Assembly (NCBI GenBank): GCA_963662285.2
Contig: CAXXMV010000002.1
Location: 128,001 to 192,000, forward strand
Origin: a bacterium
Lineage (GTDB): Bacteria; Hinthialibacterota; Hinthialibacteria; Hinthialibacterales; Hinthialibacteraceae
Direction: 5' to 3'
Length of the DNA: 64,000 nt
Shown: in pieces, positions 27,414 through 37,183 of the stretch
How positions within the stretch are numbered: the first letter of the stretch is position 1
How the letters are laid out: each line of letters begins with the position of its first letter
The notes under the pieces: model-generated
What the model was told of the DNA's origin: nothing
The model's input: the letters and a program-made list of their open reading frames with translations, nothing else
Database searches by the model: none
Program-made: the position numbers and the translations under genes

Positions 27414-30338
27414 ATGTTTGGTCGCTTAGGATACGGTTCCAAATATACCAGGTCAATTGTCATGTTGGGAAACCTTATATATATCCTATCTTTCTTTTCA
27501 ACCTGTGGATTGATGATAATTCCTTCCATCAATCTATCAACACGCATCATTATATTTATCTTTTCTCTTTCAATACTATTTCTTAGTTGGTTAAACTTTC
27601 ATCTTCGTGGAGAAGAACCGTTTTTACTCTCTTTTCTTTCATCTTCTAAATGTAAGACATATATGTTTATTATTGCAGGATTATTTTTTACCTCCAGTCT
27701 TTTTATCCTTCATTCAATACCTGAAACGGGAATAACATTAAAACATAGTAATAATAATGGTGATATTACCGGGGAAATCACTATTAAAGCAAATTCCTTT
27801 AACATTACTCCAGATTTACACCCCGTAGATTATCTTCAAAAGAAATCCGGTTCTTTTCACTATTCAGCGTCTTTTTCTATAAAAGAACCGATGGATTCTT
27901 TATTGTTTTATACCAGTCATGGAGATTCTGTTTGGAAAATTGATGGAAAAGAAGTTGTTCATCAGTTAAAAGAATCCTCTGTAAGGAATAGTTTAATTCC
28001 ATATAATCTTTCCCCGGGTTCACATAATATTGAGTGTCTGGTTTCCTATCTGAATCCACCCCCGCATATTTCGTTTGTTTCGGGTAAAGAAGAACCTATT
28101 AATGGTCCCTTTTATCATATATATGATGTTTATCCAAAGTTATTCTATGGTTTTTTTACGTTTATTTCTTCTTTATGCATACTTATAGGTTCTTTCTTTT
28201 TAATTCCTATCATTAATTATATTCTATTGAAAGTTTCACCATTTATTGTACGTTATAGAAGAGGCGTATTGTTCATTCTAATTTTGGTTGCCTTTTTTAT
28301 TTTTGGATCAATTAGGATTTTGTTTTCTACTAATACGGATTCTTTCTTTGAAGCAGACGAAGCCTCTTTTGGAATCATGTCTCAGAGGCTGCTAGTGGGG
28401 CAATCTCCGCCTTTATTTCATTATGGGCAATCTTACCAAGGTACGGCGGAATCTATCCCCCTGGCCTCTATATTCTCACTTTTCGGTTTTTCTGCTGATA
28501 TCCTGCATACTCTTCCTTTAATCTTTGGAATCTTATTTTTACTTATTACTGTTTTAACCGTGGGGATGATCGGCGGGCGATATCCCGCAATTTTCGCTCT
28601 ACTGGTTTTGTGCGTGGGAGGATTGCATTTTCACTGGATAATATCAAAAACCTGGTTTGGTTACTCTTTTTCTCTCTTTTGCGGCGCTATTCTCATGTTT
28701 TTATCCTTTTATAGTTGTAAAAAGGATCGTTACTCTCCAGGCGCCTCTTTGTTGTGGGGCGCCATTGCAGGTTTATGCTTCTATGAATTGCCTTTATCTT
28801 TTCCTTTTATCTTTGTAAGTTCATTTCCTTTCTTCTATTTTTGTTTTAAGGGGATATTAATTGATTTTATCCGGCTTGAAAAATTGGCCTATTTTTATAA
28901 ATCCATATTGCGAAGAATCTACCGTTCCGGCCTGGCATTAGCATTTCTTGGTTTTTCAATATGTTCCTTGCCCTATTTACTGAATATTATTTATGAAGCA
29001 AACAATCAAACCCTTAAATTCCTATTGGAAGGCCGCAACCTTTCTTCTTCTATTTCTGATACAAAAGCAGCGCTGTTTGATCGATTTTTTGGAGAATGTC
29101 TGCCGGTTCTATTAGGCGCCCGTACTAATTACAATCAGGTTTATGATATTCCAACGGTTTTTGCTCCATCTTTTCCATCTTTGTTGTTCATTTTATCAAT
29201 CTTTATCTTTCCATTTGTTTGTTATAAATATTTTCCAAAAACAACCATTATTAAAAATTTATTGCCATTAATAATGGTTTTTTGCCTTACTATTATTACT
29301 ATTATCGCGGTAACCTTTTCACCTTTTGGAATATGGCCCTGGTATGCAATATCTCTATTTTGGTCAATTCCTTTTTTATTTTATGTTTCTATCCGTTTTA
29401 TTTGGAAATTATCTCCTGCTTTATCATTTTTATCTGTTGTTATATTTTTATTATCAACTTTAACAGGTTTTATTGATTATAATTTTTTGAGTCATCAGGC
29501 ATCCAGTATATCCAGCAATGGTATTTCTCTTCCTCCTATTAGCGATGATATTCTCCCTATTTTAAGTAAACATAATGTACGTTATCTTATTTGCGATCAG
29601 GGCTTTGATCAGTCTTCAACTGTTTCTGGAAAAGATTGGATTGGAGAGTGTCTGTCTTATAGTGGAGATCGAAATATTATTTCGGTAGATAGAGTTTCAC
29701 GTAGATTTACAGATGATTCTCAAGAACTTATCAATAGTTCACGAGTGGGTTATTTATTTCATAAGGATTATTATTTTAACAATGCAACTTTTGCAGATAT
29801 TACTGGCGCCAATTATTCTCCCATATTTTCAAACGGTTTAATAAAACTCTTCGGCGCAAATAACCTAGGTTATAATCGCTATAATATGGAACCATATATT
29901 CTTTTTCTACCTAATATTGGTACATCCGGCATTAATAAAAATAAATGGCGCCTGGATTCTACAAATCCTATATTTCTTTCTGCAGCTGTTGATCATAATA
30001 TAAGTCCAAGAGGATCAGGCCGGGATTGTTATTGGTCCAGTGACATTATTCCATCATCCGGTAGTAAATTATCCATCTCGTTTCCAAACAAAAGGGAAAT
30101 TTCTAAGATATTTTTGTTTCACAGTATAAAATCATCTGATAAAACAAAAGATAATGAAATTTTTTATAGAGATAACCTAGGCGTTTTCAGGCCTCTAGGT
30201 TCACTTCATTATGAAGGGGATATTCATTGCAGCGTCTTACGATTAGATAATCCTGTCAAGACAGATCTGTTAGAAATAAGGGTATCTAAAACGGATGATG
30301 GAAGTTGGTGGACTATTTATGAAATGTGGATATTTTAG
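27414..30338 (+). CDS. Large polytopic GT-C (ArnT/PMT-like) glycosyltransferase with extracytoplasmic beta-sandwich domains
   Basis: EADEASFGIM..PLFHYGQSYQG motif, many TM helices, discoidin-like C-terminus; AT-rich; start may be 27462. Confidence 0.65.
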   Translation: MFGRLGYGSKYTRSIVMLGNLIYILSFFSTCGLMIIPSINLSTRIIIFIFSLSILFLSWLNFHLRGEEPFLLSFLSSSKCKTYMFIIAGLFFTSSLFILHSIPETGITLKHSNNNGDITGEITIKANSFNITPDLHPVDYLQKKSGSFHYSASFSIKEPMDSLLFYTSHGDSVWKIDGKEVVHQLKESSVRNSLIPYNLSPGSHNIECLVSYLNPPPHISFVSGKEEPINGPFYHIYDVYPKLFYGFFTFISSLCILIGSFFLIPIINYILLKVSPFIVRYRRGVLFILILVAFFIFGSIRILFSTNTDSFFEADEASFGIMSQRLLVGQSPPLFHYGQSYQGTAESIPLASIFSLFGFSADILHTLPLIFGILFLLITVLTVGMIGGRYPAIFALLVLCVGGLHFHWIISKTWFGYSFSLFCGAILMFLSFYSCKKDRYSPGASLLWGAIAGLCFYELPLSFPFIFVSSFPFFYFCFKGILIDFIRLEKLAYFYKSILRRIYRSGLALAFLGFSICSLPYLLNIIYEANNQTLKFLLEGRNLSSSISDTKAALFDRFFGECLPVLLGARTNYNQVYDIPTVFAPSFPSLLFILSIFIFPFVCYKYFPKTTIIKNLLPLIMVFCLTIITIIAVTFSPFGIWPWYAISLFWSIPFLFYVSIRFIWKLSPALSFLSVVIFLLSTLTGFIDYNFLSHQASSISSNGISLPPISDDILPILSKHNVRYLICDQGFDQSSTVSGKDWIGECLSYSGDRNIISVDRVSRRFTDDSQELINSSRVGYLFHKDYYFNNATFADITGANYSPIFSNGLIKLFGANNLGYNRYNMEPYILFLPNIGTSGINKNKWRLDSTNPIFLSAAVDHNISPRGSGRDCYWSSDIIPSSGSKLSISFPNKREISKIFLFHSIKSSDKTKDNEIFYRDNLGVFRPLGSLHYEGDIHCSVLRLDNPVKTDLLEIRVSKTDDGSWWTIYEMWIF

Positions 30339-30535
30339 TTATTTTCTTCTTCAATATCCTCAAGTTCCCCTGGCTTCATATACGATGTAATAACGATGGT
30401 AGAAGGTTCTCTTAAACCATTTATCGGGCATGTTTCACAAATATCCAAAGGGGGTTTTGGAGCATCGCAAACAAAAATATTCCTGAATACGTATTTTACT
30501 TGGGCTATAGGATGGGCAATAGCATGCTCTTTCAA
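30335..30535 (-). CDS. Small hypothetical protein downstream of dnaN; start uncertain
   Basis: 66-aa ORF with CxxC; an upstream ATG at about 30590 is one base out of frame. Confidence 0.35.
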   Translation of the reverse strand: MKEHAIAHPIAQVKYVFRNIFVCDAPKPPLDICETCPINGLREPSTIVITSYMKPGELEDIEEENN

Positions 30536-30695
30536 TCGCCAGTTCCCTATCTAATTTCGGATCGTTCTTATACTCTTGATCCATCTTCATCTTACTCTTC
30601 TTTTTATCTTTATTTTTTGGTGTTAATAATAAGCCTATAAATAATTATAATTCCTAAAATTATTATAACAAGAATTTGTTTTAATAATTAAATTT

Positions 30696-31811
30696 CTATT
30701 CCTTTTTTATATCAGGGGGTCTCATCGGCATAATTATATACTTAAATTCATTATTTTCATAACCTCTTAAAACAACAGGCCTTTTGGCATCTCTTAATTC
30801 TATTTCAACTTTTTCTTCATCCAATATTCTCATTAAATCATAAACAAATTTATAGTTAAATCTGATTTCTAATAATTCGCCTTCATATTCAGCATCTATT
30901 TGATCTCTTCCTTCACTGCCTGTTTCTTCTCTTTCACCAAAAATATCAACTACGCCTTTTTCGAGTCTTAAAATAACCATATTTGTTTCTACGCTGGTTA
31001 AATTAGAGGCTCTTTTAATTGCTGCAGACAATTCTTCGCGTTTCATTATTGCTTTTATATCGCCATCGGGTGGAATAATCTTTTGATATTGCGGGAAATT
31101 TTCCATTAGCAAATTGGAAATTATGGTAATATCCTTGGATTTAATCTGGATTTTTCTTTCAGTAATAAAAATCTCAGCATCACCTTCTTCAGGTAATATC
31201 CTGACGACTTCGTCCAAAGTTTTTACTGGTATTAATGCTGACAGTTGTATATCTTTTAGATTTTCATTCAAATATTCGAATACCGCCAACCGTCGTCCAT
31301 CAGTTGAAACGCAGGTCATTTTTCCATCTTTAATATCGAATTTTACGCCATTTAATTCGTATCTGGATTTTTCTACAGTTGCGGCAAACGTAGTTTTTTT
31401 AATAATTTCCTTTAATTTTTTTAATTCTATTATTAATTTCTGACCCTCAGCAACAGTAACAAATGGAGGAAACAGTTCTGCAGACTGTCCTTTCATTTTT
31501 CCCTTAAATTTTCCACATTCTATTCGTACATTATCTTCTTTTGTTTCTAACTTAACATCATTATCAGATAAATCCTGTATTACGTTGATAATATCATTTG
31601 ATGGGAAAAGTAGTTCACCCGGTTCATCGACAGTTGCTTCTCCCTCACATCTGATTGTCAAATTAAGGTTTGTAGCCAAAAAGCAAATTTTACCATCAGA
31701 GCAGGATATATGGATATTATCTACAATAGGATTTGATATAGGGCTGCCTACTGCATTTCTAACGGCTGATATTCCTCTAACCAGTGTTTGATGAGAACTA
31801 AGAAATTTCAT
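30696..31811 (-). CDS. dnaN: DNA polymerase III beta sliding clamp
   Basis: ATNL, STDGRRLA, FPQYQKIIP, C-terminal IIMPMR; 371 aa. Confidence 0.96.
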   Translation of the reverse strand: MKFLSSHQTLVRGISAVRNAVGSPISNPIVDNIHISCSDGKICFLATNLNLTIRCEGEATVDEPGELLFPSNDIINVIQDLSDNDVKLETKEDNVRIECGKFKGKMKGQSAELFPPFVTVAEGQKLIIELKKLKEIIKKTTFAATVEKSRYELNGVKFDIKDGKMTCVSTDGRRLAVFEYLNENLKDIQLSALIPVKTLDEVVRILPEEGDAEIFITERKIQIKSKDITIISNLLMENFPQYQKIIPPDGDIKAIMKREELSAAIKRASNLTSVETNMVILRLEKGVVDIFGEREETGSEGRDQIDAEYEGELLEIRFNYKFVYDLMRILDEEKVEIELRDAKRPVVLRGYENNEFKYIIMPMRPPDIKKE

Positions 31812-32193
31812 TGAATTTCCCCATATAGTATTATATATAAATACCTTTAAAATATGCTTTTAAAGCTTTAAATGTTTAAAAGGGTGTTGATAAGTCATAA
31901 AAATGCTGTAAATATTTGTTTCCTTTATATTTACGTGTTTGTATTCCTGTTACTAAGTACTTGATTATAAATAGCGCTTTGTTAACTATATTAAAATTTC
32001 GTGATATATTAACTTTAAATCCAGTTTATTAACAATTTATACCAAGTTTTTAACAACATTTCAACTCAAGAACTTATGAGGATAGCATATATATACTAAG
32101 AAGCGAAGTCGATAAGTTGACACCAATGGATGTTTCTCTTATATTTATGTTGTACGAAAGAATTTATCCTATTTCTAGAGGAAAGAGTAAAAA
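31812..32193. other. Candidate replication origin (oriC)
   Basis: Very AT-rich; DnaA-box-like 9-mers at 31885, 31948, 31980, 32026, 32050; adjacent to dnaN; skew and REP polarity switch here. Confidence 0.65.
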
Positions 32194-32970
32194 ATGAAGA
32201 AGCGTGGTTTTTCTTTAGTAGAATTACTTGTGGTAGTAGCAATCATAGGTATTTTATCAGTAATTCTCGTTCCAAATGTTAAAGAACAACTTCGAAGAGC
32301 AAAAGTCGCCAAAACAAAAGCTCTTATTGGAAGTTTAAGTGTAGCTATAACAGCATATAAGACTGATTTTGGTAAATATCCGCCTAGTTATGATGCACAA
32401 GCCCTCTTTCTAGCTCTTGTTGAAAAAGCAAAATTTCCATACGAGCCGGATTCAGATGAATATCGTTTGGTTGATAGAGGCGACAGCATCTATATTAATC
32501 CAGATAGACCGGATGATAGAATTGAAAATCTTCTTCAAAATGCTGGAGTAAAAACGGGTTTTTTAAAAGCGCAAGAAGAAGAAAATGTTTTTGTAGATGC
32601 CTGGGATAACCCTTTATATTTCATTACTTATGAAGAATATAACCCTGGCGGTAGGACGGATTTCAGAAAAATAAATAGCAGCAACTCATCTAACAGCAAT
32701 GATAATGCCGCATGCGCTTATGAAATGCGTTCAGGAAAGCGTTACAAGCCATTTGCTCCAAGTTCATTTCAGCTGATTTCTTTTGGTCCTGATGGAACTT
32801 CAATTACACCAAGCCGTTCTAATGGTGGTATTGGCTCCATGATAGACAGCGACAAAATTGATAATGATGAAGATGGTTTCTTCGATAATGAGGATCGCGT
32901 CAGAGCTGGCGATAGAAGTAAGAATGATCCTGATGTTGTTGCGGAAGATGACATAACTAATTTTCAATAA
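32194..32970 (+). CDS. Prepilin-type (GspG-like) pseudopilin
   Basis: KKRG/FSLVELLVVVAIIGILSVILVP; DAWDNP; LISFGPDG. Confidence 0.88.
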   Translation: MKKRGFSLVELLVVVAIIGILSVILVPNVKEQLRRAKVAKTKALIGSLSVAITAYKTDFGKYPPSYDAQALFLALVEKAKFPYEPDSDEYRLVDRGDSIYINPDRPDDRIENLLQNAGVKTGFLKAQEEENVFVDAWDNPLYFITYEEYNPGGRTDFRKINSSNSSNSNDNAACAYEMRSGKRYKPFAPSSFQLISFGPDGTSITPSRSNGGIGSMIDSDKIDNDEDGFFDNEDRVRAGDRSKNDPDVVAEDDITNFQ

Positions 32971-32996
32971 AATTTTGGGTAAAAATGAAATTTCGT

Positions 32997-33030
32997 AAAG
33001 GGGAACGATTAATACCGTTCCCTTTTTGTT
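32997..33030 (+). terminator. Rho-independent terminator
   Basis: AAAGGGGAACG...CGTTCCCTTTTT. Confidence 0.75.
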
Positions 33031-33059
33031 TTTATTTATTATGAAATTATTGGAATGTT

Positions 33060-33158
33060 CGGACGCCCACGAGGGGCGCATCCTATATGTTATGCTCAGG
33101 GTGATATTTAATCATAGGTGGTTTTCAAGGGTAGAAAGAACACTACCCTTGGCACCCG
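33060..33158 (-). repeat. REP families A and D, reverse orientation
   Basis: Reverse complements of the left-hand copies. Confidence 0.8.
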
Positions 33159-33251
33159 TCTGTGGGATAGTTATTTTGGTTACTTTACATTATTATTTAG
33201 ACAGATTGTTTGTTAGTATAAATATAAAAAAATTAATTTAAGGAAAAATAA

Positions 33252-35444
33252 ATGAAAAAATTCTTGAAGTATTATTGTATAGATTTCGTTTTGGTTTGTT
33301 GTTTTCTTATAAGCGGTGTTTATTGTTATGCATCAATTGATCCGGTTTATCCTGTTCCATCCAAGCAGCAGATTGAGTGGCAGAAATTAGAATATATATT
33401 CTTTGCTCATTTTGGAGTTAATACATTTACTAATAGAGAATGGGGCGACGGAACGGAGGATCCTAAGATTTTTAATCCTTCTCAGTTTGACGGTCGTCAA
33501 TGGGCTAAAGCTGCTAAAGATGCCGGGGCAAAGTTGCTTATACTGACCTGCAAGCATCATGATGGTTTCTGTTTGTGGCCTAGCGAATATACCGAGCATT
33601 CAGTTAAAAACAGCCCTTGGAAAAATGGTAAGGGCGATATTGTTAAAGAAGTTGCTGAGGCTTGCCGTGAGTTTGGTATAAAATTCGGTGTTTATCTTTC
33701 CCCCTGGGATCGCAACAACAAGAGTTATGGCGACTCTCCGGTTTATAACCAATATTTTTTAAATCAACTGACGGAACTTTTAACCTATTATGGTGAAATT
33801 ACTGAAGTATGGTTCGATGGCGCCTGCGGCGAGGGGCCAAATGGGAAACGTCAGGTTTATGATTTTAACGCTTATTATGAATTGATAAGAAAATTACAGC
33901 CCAATGCCATGATTGCTATTATGGGACCGGATATCAGGTGGGTGGGTAATGAATCGGGCGTCGCCGGTGAAAGCGAGTGGAGCGTTCAGCCCGTCTCTCC
34001 TGAAGGAAAAAATGATCCAAGGGTTATCTTTAATCCTACATTAAAAGAAGGGATAACAAATTTTCTTCCCAAAACGGATGAAAAGGATATTGCATTTTCT
34101 CATCTTTCTTTGAAGGATGAATCAGCTAAAACGGCTGATCTTATATGGTATCCTGCAGAGACCGATGTTTCGATTCGACCGGGATGGTTTTATCACTCAT
34201 CGCAAGATGAAAAAGTAAAATCTCTGGAACATTTAATAAAAATATATTTTGAATCGGTGGGACGCAACAGTTTGCTGTTATTGAATATTCCACCGGATCA
34301 GCGCGGTCTGTTTCATGAGAATGACGTCAACCGTTTGAAAGAATTGAAAAAGTATCTGGATTGCACTTTCAAAGAGGACATAGCTCTGGGCGCCTCAGGC
34401 GAATCTAAAAATTCGGTTGAGGAACATGGCGTTGATAAAATGGTTGATGGGGATGATTCTACTTATTTGGCTTCTCTCAATGCTTCTCCGGAGGCCTCTT
34501 TTGAAATTGATCTTGGAAAGACTAAAGTATTCGATGTAATTTTGTTGCGTGAACCGATTGAGATTGGTCAGCGGGTGGCAGAGTTTGAGATTGACGTTAT
34601 GGATAATGGTTCATGGCGCCTTTTATCCAAGGGAAAGACTATTGGGTATAAACAACTGGTTCGACTGCCGGTAACGACAGCGCAAAAAATCCGGGTTAGG
34701 TTTTTGAAATCACGCGGCGTACCTGCTATTAGTCAGTTTTCGGTTTATAAGAAGCCTCCAGTTGTAATGGTTAATTCAATGGGCGCCTCGTTTGAGAATG
34801 AAATTTCTATAATGTTGAATTCTGACATTGATTCCAAAAAGATATATTATACTTTGGATGGCAGCGAGCCAACGGTTGATTCAACCTTATACCAGGGTCC
34901 CTTCAAAATTTCTGAAACTACTGTTCTTAAAGCTATCGCCCAAGATGGATTGTTAGTTACTACGGATAAATTTGAACGTATTAATTTATTGCCAGAGGTA
35001 AAGATTGAAAAAGTTAAAGAAGGTCTGGCTTACATATATTATGAGGGCGGCTGGCAAACGCTTGATAATATGCCTCAGGCCAAAGTTGTCAGTGAAGGTT
35101 CGGTTGATAATTTTGTTTTGATTAACCGCAAAAGGGATAGTCATTTTGCTTTTGAATTCAATGGTTATTTTTCCGCGCCAGCTGATGGCGCGTATACCTT
35201 TTATCTAAGTTCTGATGATGGAACGCGGTTATTTTTGCATGACTCTCTTCTTATAGAAAATGATGGTTTACATGGCATGTCGGATAAGAGAGGAAATGTT
35301 GGTTTGAAAAAAGGATTGCATCCAATTAAGTTGCAGTATTTCAATGCTACAGGTGATTTTGGATTGGAATTGTATGTTGAAGGGCCTGGGGTTGAAAAGA
35401 TGATTGTTCCGAAAACGTTGTTGAGGTGTTTGGATATTAAGTGA
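33252..35444 (+). CDS. Alpha-L-fucosidase (GH29) with F5/8, Fn3-associated and PA14 domains
   Basis: HFGVNTF, KHHDGFCLWP, YLSPWD, WFDGA, SIRPGWFY, YYTLDGSEP, SSDDG. Confidence 0.92.
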   Translation: MKKFLKYYCIDFVLVCCFLISGVYCYASIDPVYPVPSKQQIEWQKLEYIFFAHFGVNTFTNREWGDGTEDPKIFNPSQFDGRQWAKAAKDAGAKLLILTCKHHDGFCLWPSEYTEHSVKNSPWKNGKGDIVKEVAEACREFGIKFGVYLSPWDRNNKSYGDSPVYNQYFLNQLTELLTYYGEITEVWFDGACGEGPNGKRQVYDFNAYYELIRKLQPNAMIAIMGPDIRWVGNESGVAGESEWSVQPVSPEGKNDPRVIFNPTLKEGITNFLPKTDEKDIAFSHLSLKDESAKTADLIWYPAETDVSIRPGWFYHSSQDEKVKSLEHLIKIYFESVGRNSLLLLNIPPDQRGLFHENDVNRLKELKKYLDCTFKEDIALGASGESKNSVEEHGVDKMVDGDDSTYLASLNASPEASFEIDLGKTKVFDVILLREPIEIGQRVAEFEIDVMDNGSWRLLSKGKTIGYKQLVRLPVTTAQKIRVRFLKSRGVPAISQFSVYKKPPVVMVNSMGASFENEISIMLNSDIDSKKIYYTLDGSEPTVDSTLYQGPFKISETTVLKAIAQDGLLVTTDKFERINLLPEVKIEKVKEGLAYIYYEGGWQTLDNMPQAKVVSEGSVDNFVLINRKRDSHFAFEFNGYFSAPADGAYTFYLSSDDGTRLFLHDSLLIENDGLHGMSDKRGNVGLKKGLHPIKLQYFNATGDFGLELYVEGPGVEKMIVPKTLLRCLDIK

Positions 35445-35462
35445 TTATGTTTTTGTTATGTT

Positions 35463-35696
35463 CGGGCGCCAACAAGGGGCGCACCCTACGTGTTTAGATG
35501 ACCCGTGAGTGGTTTTCAAGGGCAGAAAGGACACTGCCCTTGGCACCCGTACTTGGTATCCGTGCTTTTGTGATCGCTCTCTGAGGTATTTGATTATACG
35601 GGCGCCCACAAGGGGCGTGCCCGACGTGTTTATTCTGAAGTGGGGTTTGTGGGTGTTTTTTTTAATTTTCCCCTCACCCTCTCCCGTGGGGAGAGG
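35463..35696 (-). repeat. REP cluster A, D, A, E, reverse orientation
   Basis: Four palindromes in the intergenic region. Confidence 0.85.
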
Positions 35697-35784
35697 AGAC
35701 AGGTATGCATTGGTGGTTTATTATTCTATTTCTCTTCTTGGGAGAGATGTGAATTTTTATAGGTTTTTTGAAAGGAATTATCTC

Positions 35785-37071
35785 GTGTCGAAATCTAAAG
35801 TCGCTATTGTTCGCACTACTCCCCGCACAGTCCTGGAGGATTATCATAAACTGCTTAATTTAGCTGATTATCAGGATGTTGTGTCTAAAGAAGCTGATAC
35901 CGGGCTTAAGATAAATATCAGCTGGCATTTCTTTTATCCGGGCTGCTCTACTACGCCCTGGCAATTGGATGGCGTTATACAGGCCATGAAGAAAGACGGT
36001 TATGATCCCGATCTGATACATGGTTGTCATAATAGAACGGTTGTTATTGATTCACATTTCGGCGAAAGGGAAAACAAGCAGATCAATGTTATTGAAAAAC
36101 ACGGTTTGCGTAACGTTCATCTCTATGAAGGCGAAGAGTGGATCAATGTCCGTGATGCGGTCGGCGATTTAGCCGATGAATTTATTTGTCTTAATGATGT
36201 GTTTCCCAAGGGATTTTCGATTCCCAAGAGGTTTATTGGAGAGAACATCATTCACCTGCCAACTGTGAAGACTCATGTGTTTACCACTACCACCGGCGCC
36301 ATGAAGAACGCTTTCGGCGGTTTGCTGAATGAGCACCGGCATTGGACTCATCCGGTTATACATGAAACATTGGTAGACCTTTTGATGATTCAGAAGAAAA
36401 TTCATAAGGGATTGTTCGCAGTTATGGATGGAACTTTCGCCGGCGACGGACCCGGTCCTAGATGCATGATTCCTCATGTTAAAAATGTATTGCTGGCTTC
36501 ATCCGACCAGGTGGCGATTGACGCTGTGGCCGCCAAGCTTATGGGATTTGATCCACTGAGCGATATGAAATTCATACGTCTTGCCCATGAAAGAGGATTG
36601 GGCTGCGGCGACGTCAATGAGATTGAGATCGTCGGTGATGTTGATATAAAGAAAGAGAATTGGAATTTTGAAGGACCATACAAACACATTACCTTTGCAG
36701 CGCGGATGCAGCATCAAATCTATTGGGGCAAACTGAAATCATTTATTGAATGGTCGCTGAAAACATGGATGGCGCCTTGGGCGTATATCGCCAGCGTTGT
36801 TTATCATGACATGTATTGGTATCCCAGGAACGGCAACCGCCGGGTTCATGAAGCCTTGAAGAGTGAATGGGGGCGTTTATTCCATAACTGGGATGATGTC
36901 GAACCGGATGAAAAAGGTTGGGCTGATGTGGGCGAGGGGCCGCCAAGTTTTGTTCGTTCGACTGGCGGGCTGGTGCTTAAGAGTTTTAAGATTCTGTGGG
37001 AATGCATTAAAGAGGCGCCGGAGTTTTCTTTTCGGAAAAAACCTTTGAATAAAGAGGCGCCGAAGAAGTAG
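35785..37071 (+). CDS. DUF362 domain protein
   Basis: GTG start after AAGGA; LKIN, LPTVKTH, TGAMKNAFGG, GDGP, DQVAIDAVAAKLMG. Confidence 0.82.
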   Translation: MSKSKVAIVRTTPRTVLEDYHKLLNLADYQDVVSKEADTGLKINISWHFFYPGCSTTPWQLDGVIQAMKKDGYDPDLIHGCHNRTVVIDSHFGERENKQINVIEKHGLRNVHLYEGEEWINVRDAVGDLADEFICLNDVFPKGFSIPKRFIGENIIHLPTVKTHVFTTTTGAMKNAFGGLLNEHRHWTHPVIHETLVDLLMIQKKIHKGLFAVMDGTFAGDGPGPRCMIPHVKNVLLASSDQVAIDAVAAKLMGFDPLSDMKFIRLAHERGLGCGDVNEIEIVGDVDIKKENWNFEGPYKHITFAARMQHQIYWGKLKSFIEWSLKTWMAPWAYIASVVYHDMYWYPRNGNRRVHEALKSEWGRLFHNWDDVEPDEKGWADVGEGPPSFVRSTGGLVLKSFKILWECIKEAPEFSFRKKPLNKEAPKK

Positions 37072-37099
37072 TGGTTTTGTTTTGGGTTGTTGATTGGTT

Positions 37100-37183
37100 C
37101 GGGCGCCCACGAGGGGCGCGCCCTACTTGTGATGATAAGACGTAGGTGGTTTTGGTGGGCCGGTGAGGCGTGATCCATCCTAC
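37100..37183 (-). repeat. REP A and REP C; the GTAG of REP C supplies the rlmD stop codon
   Basis: GTAGGTGGTTTT-hairpin-CTAC at 37142-37183. Confidence 0.85.

Noticed and set aside
35509-35784. N-terminal extension of the DUF362 ORF
   Set aside because: Runs through REP elements; GTG at 35785 has a good RBS
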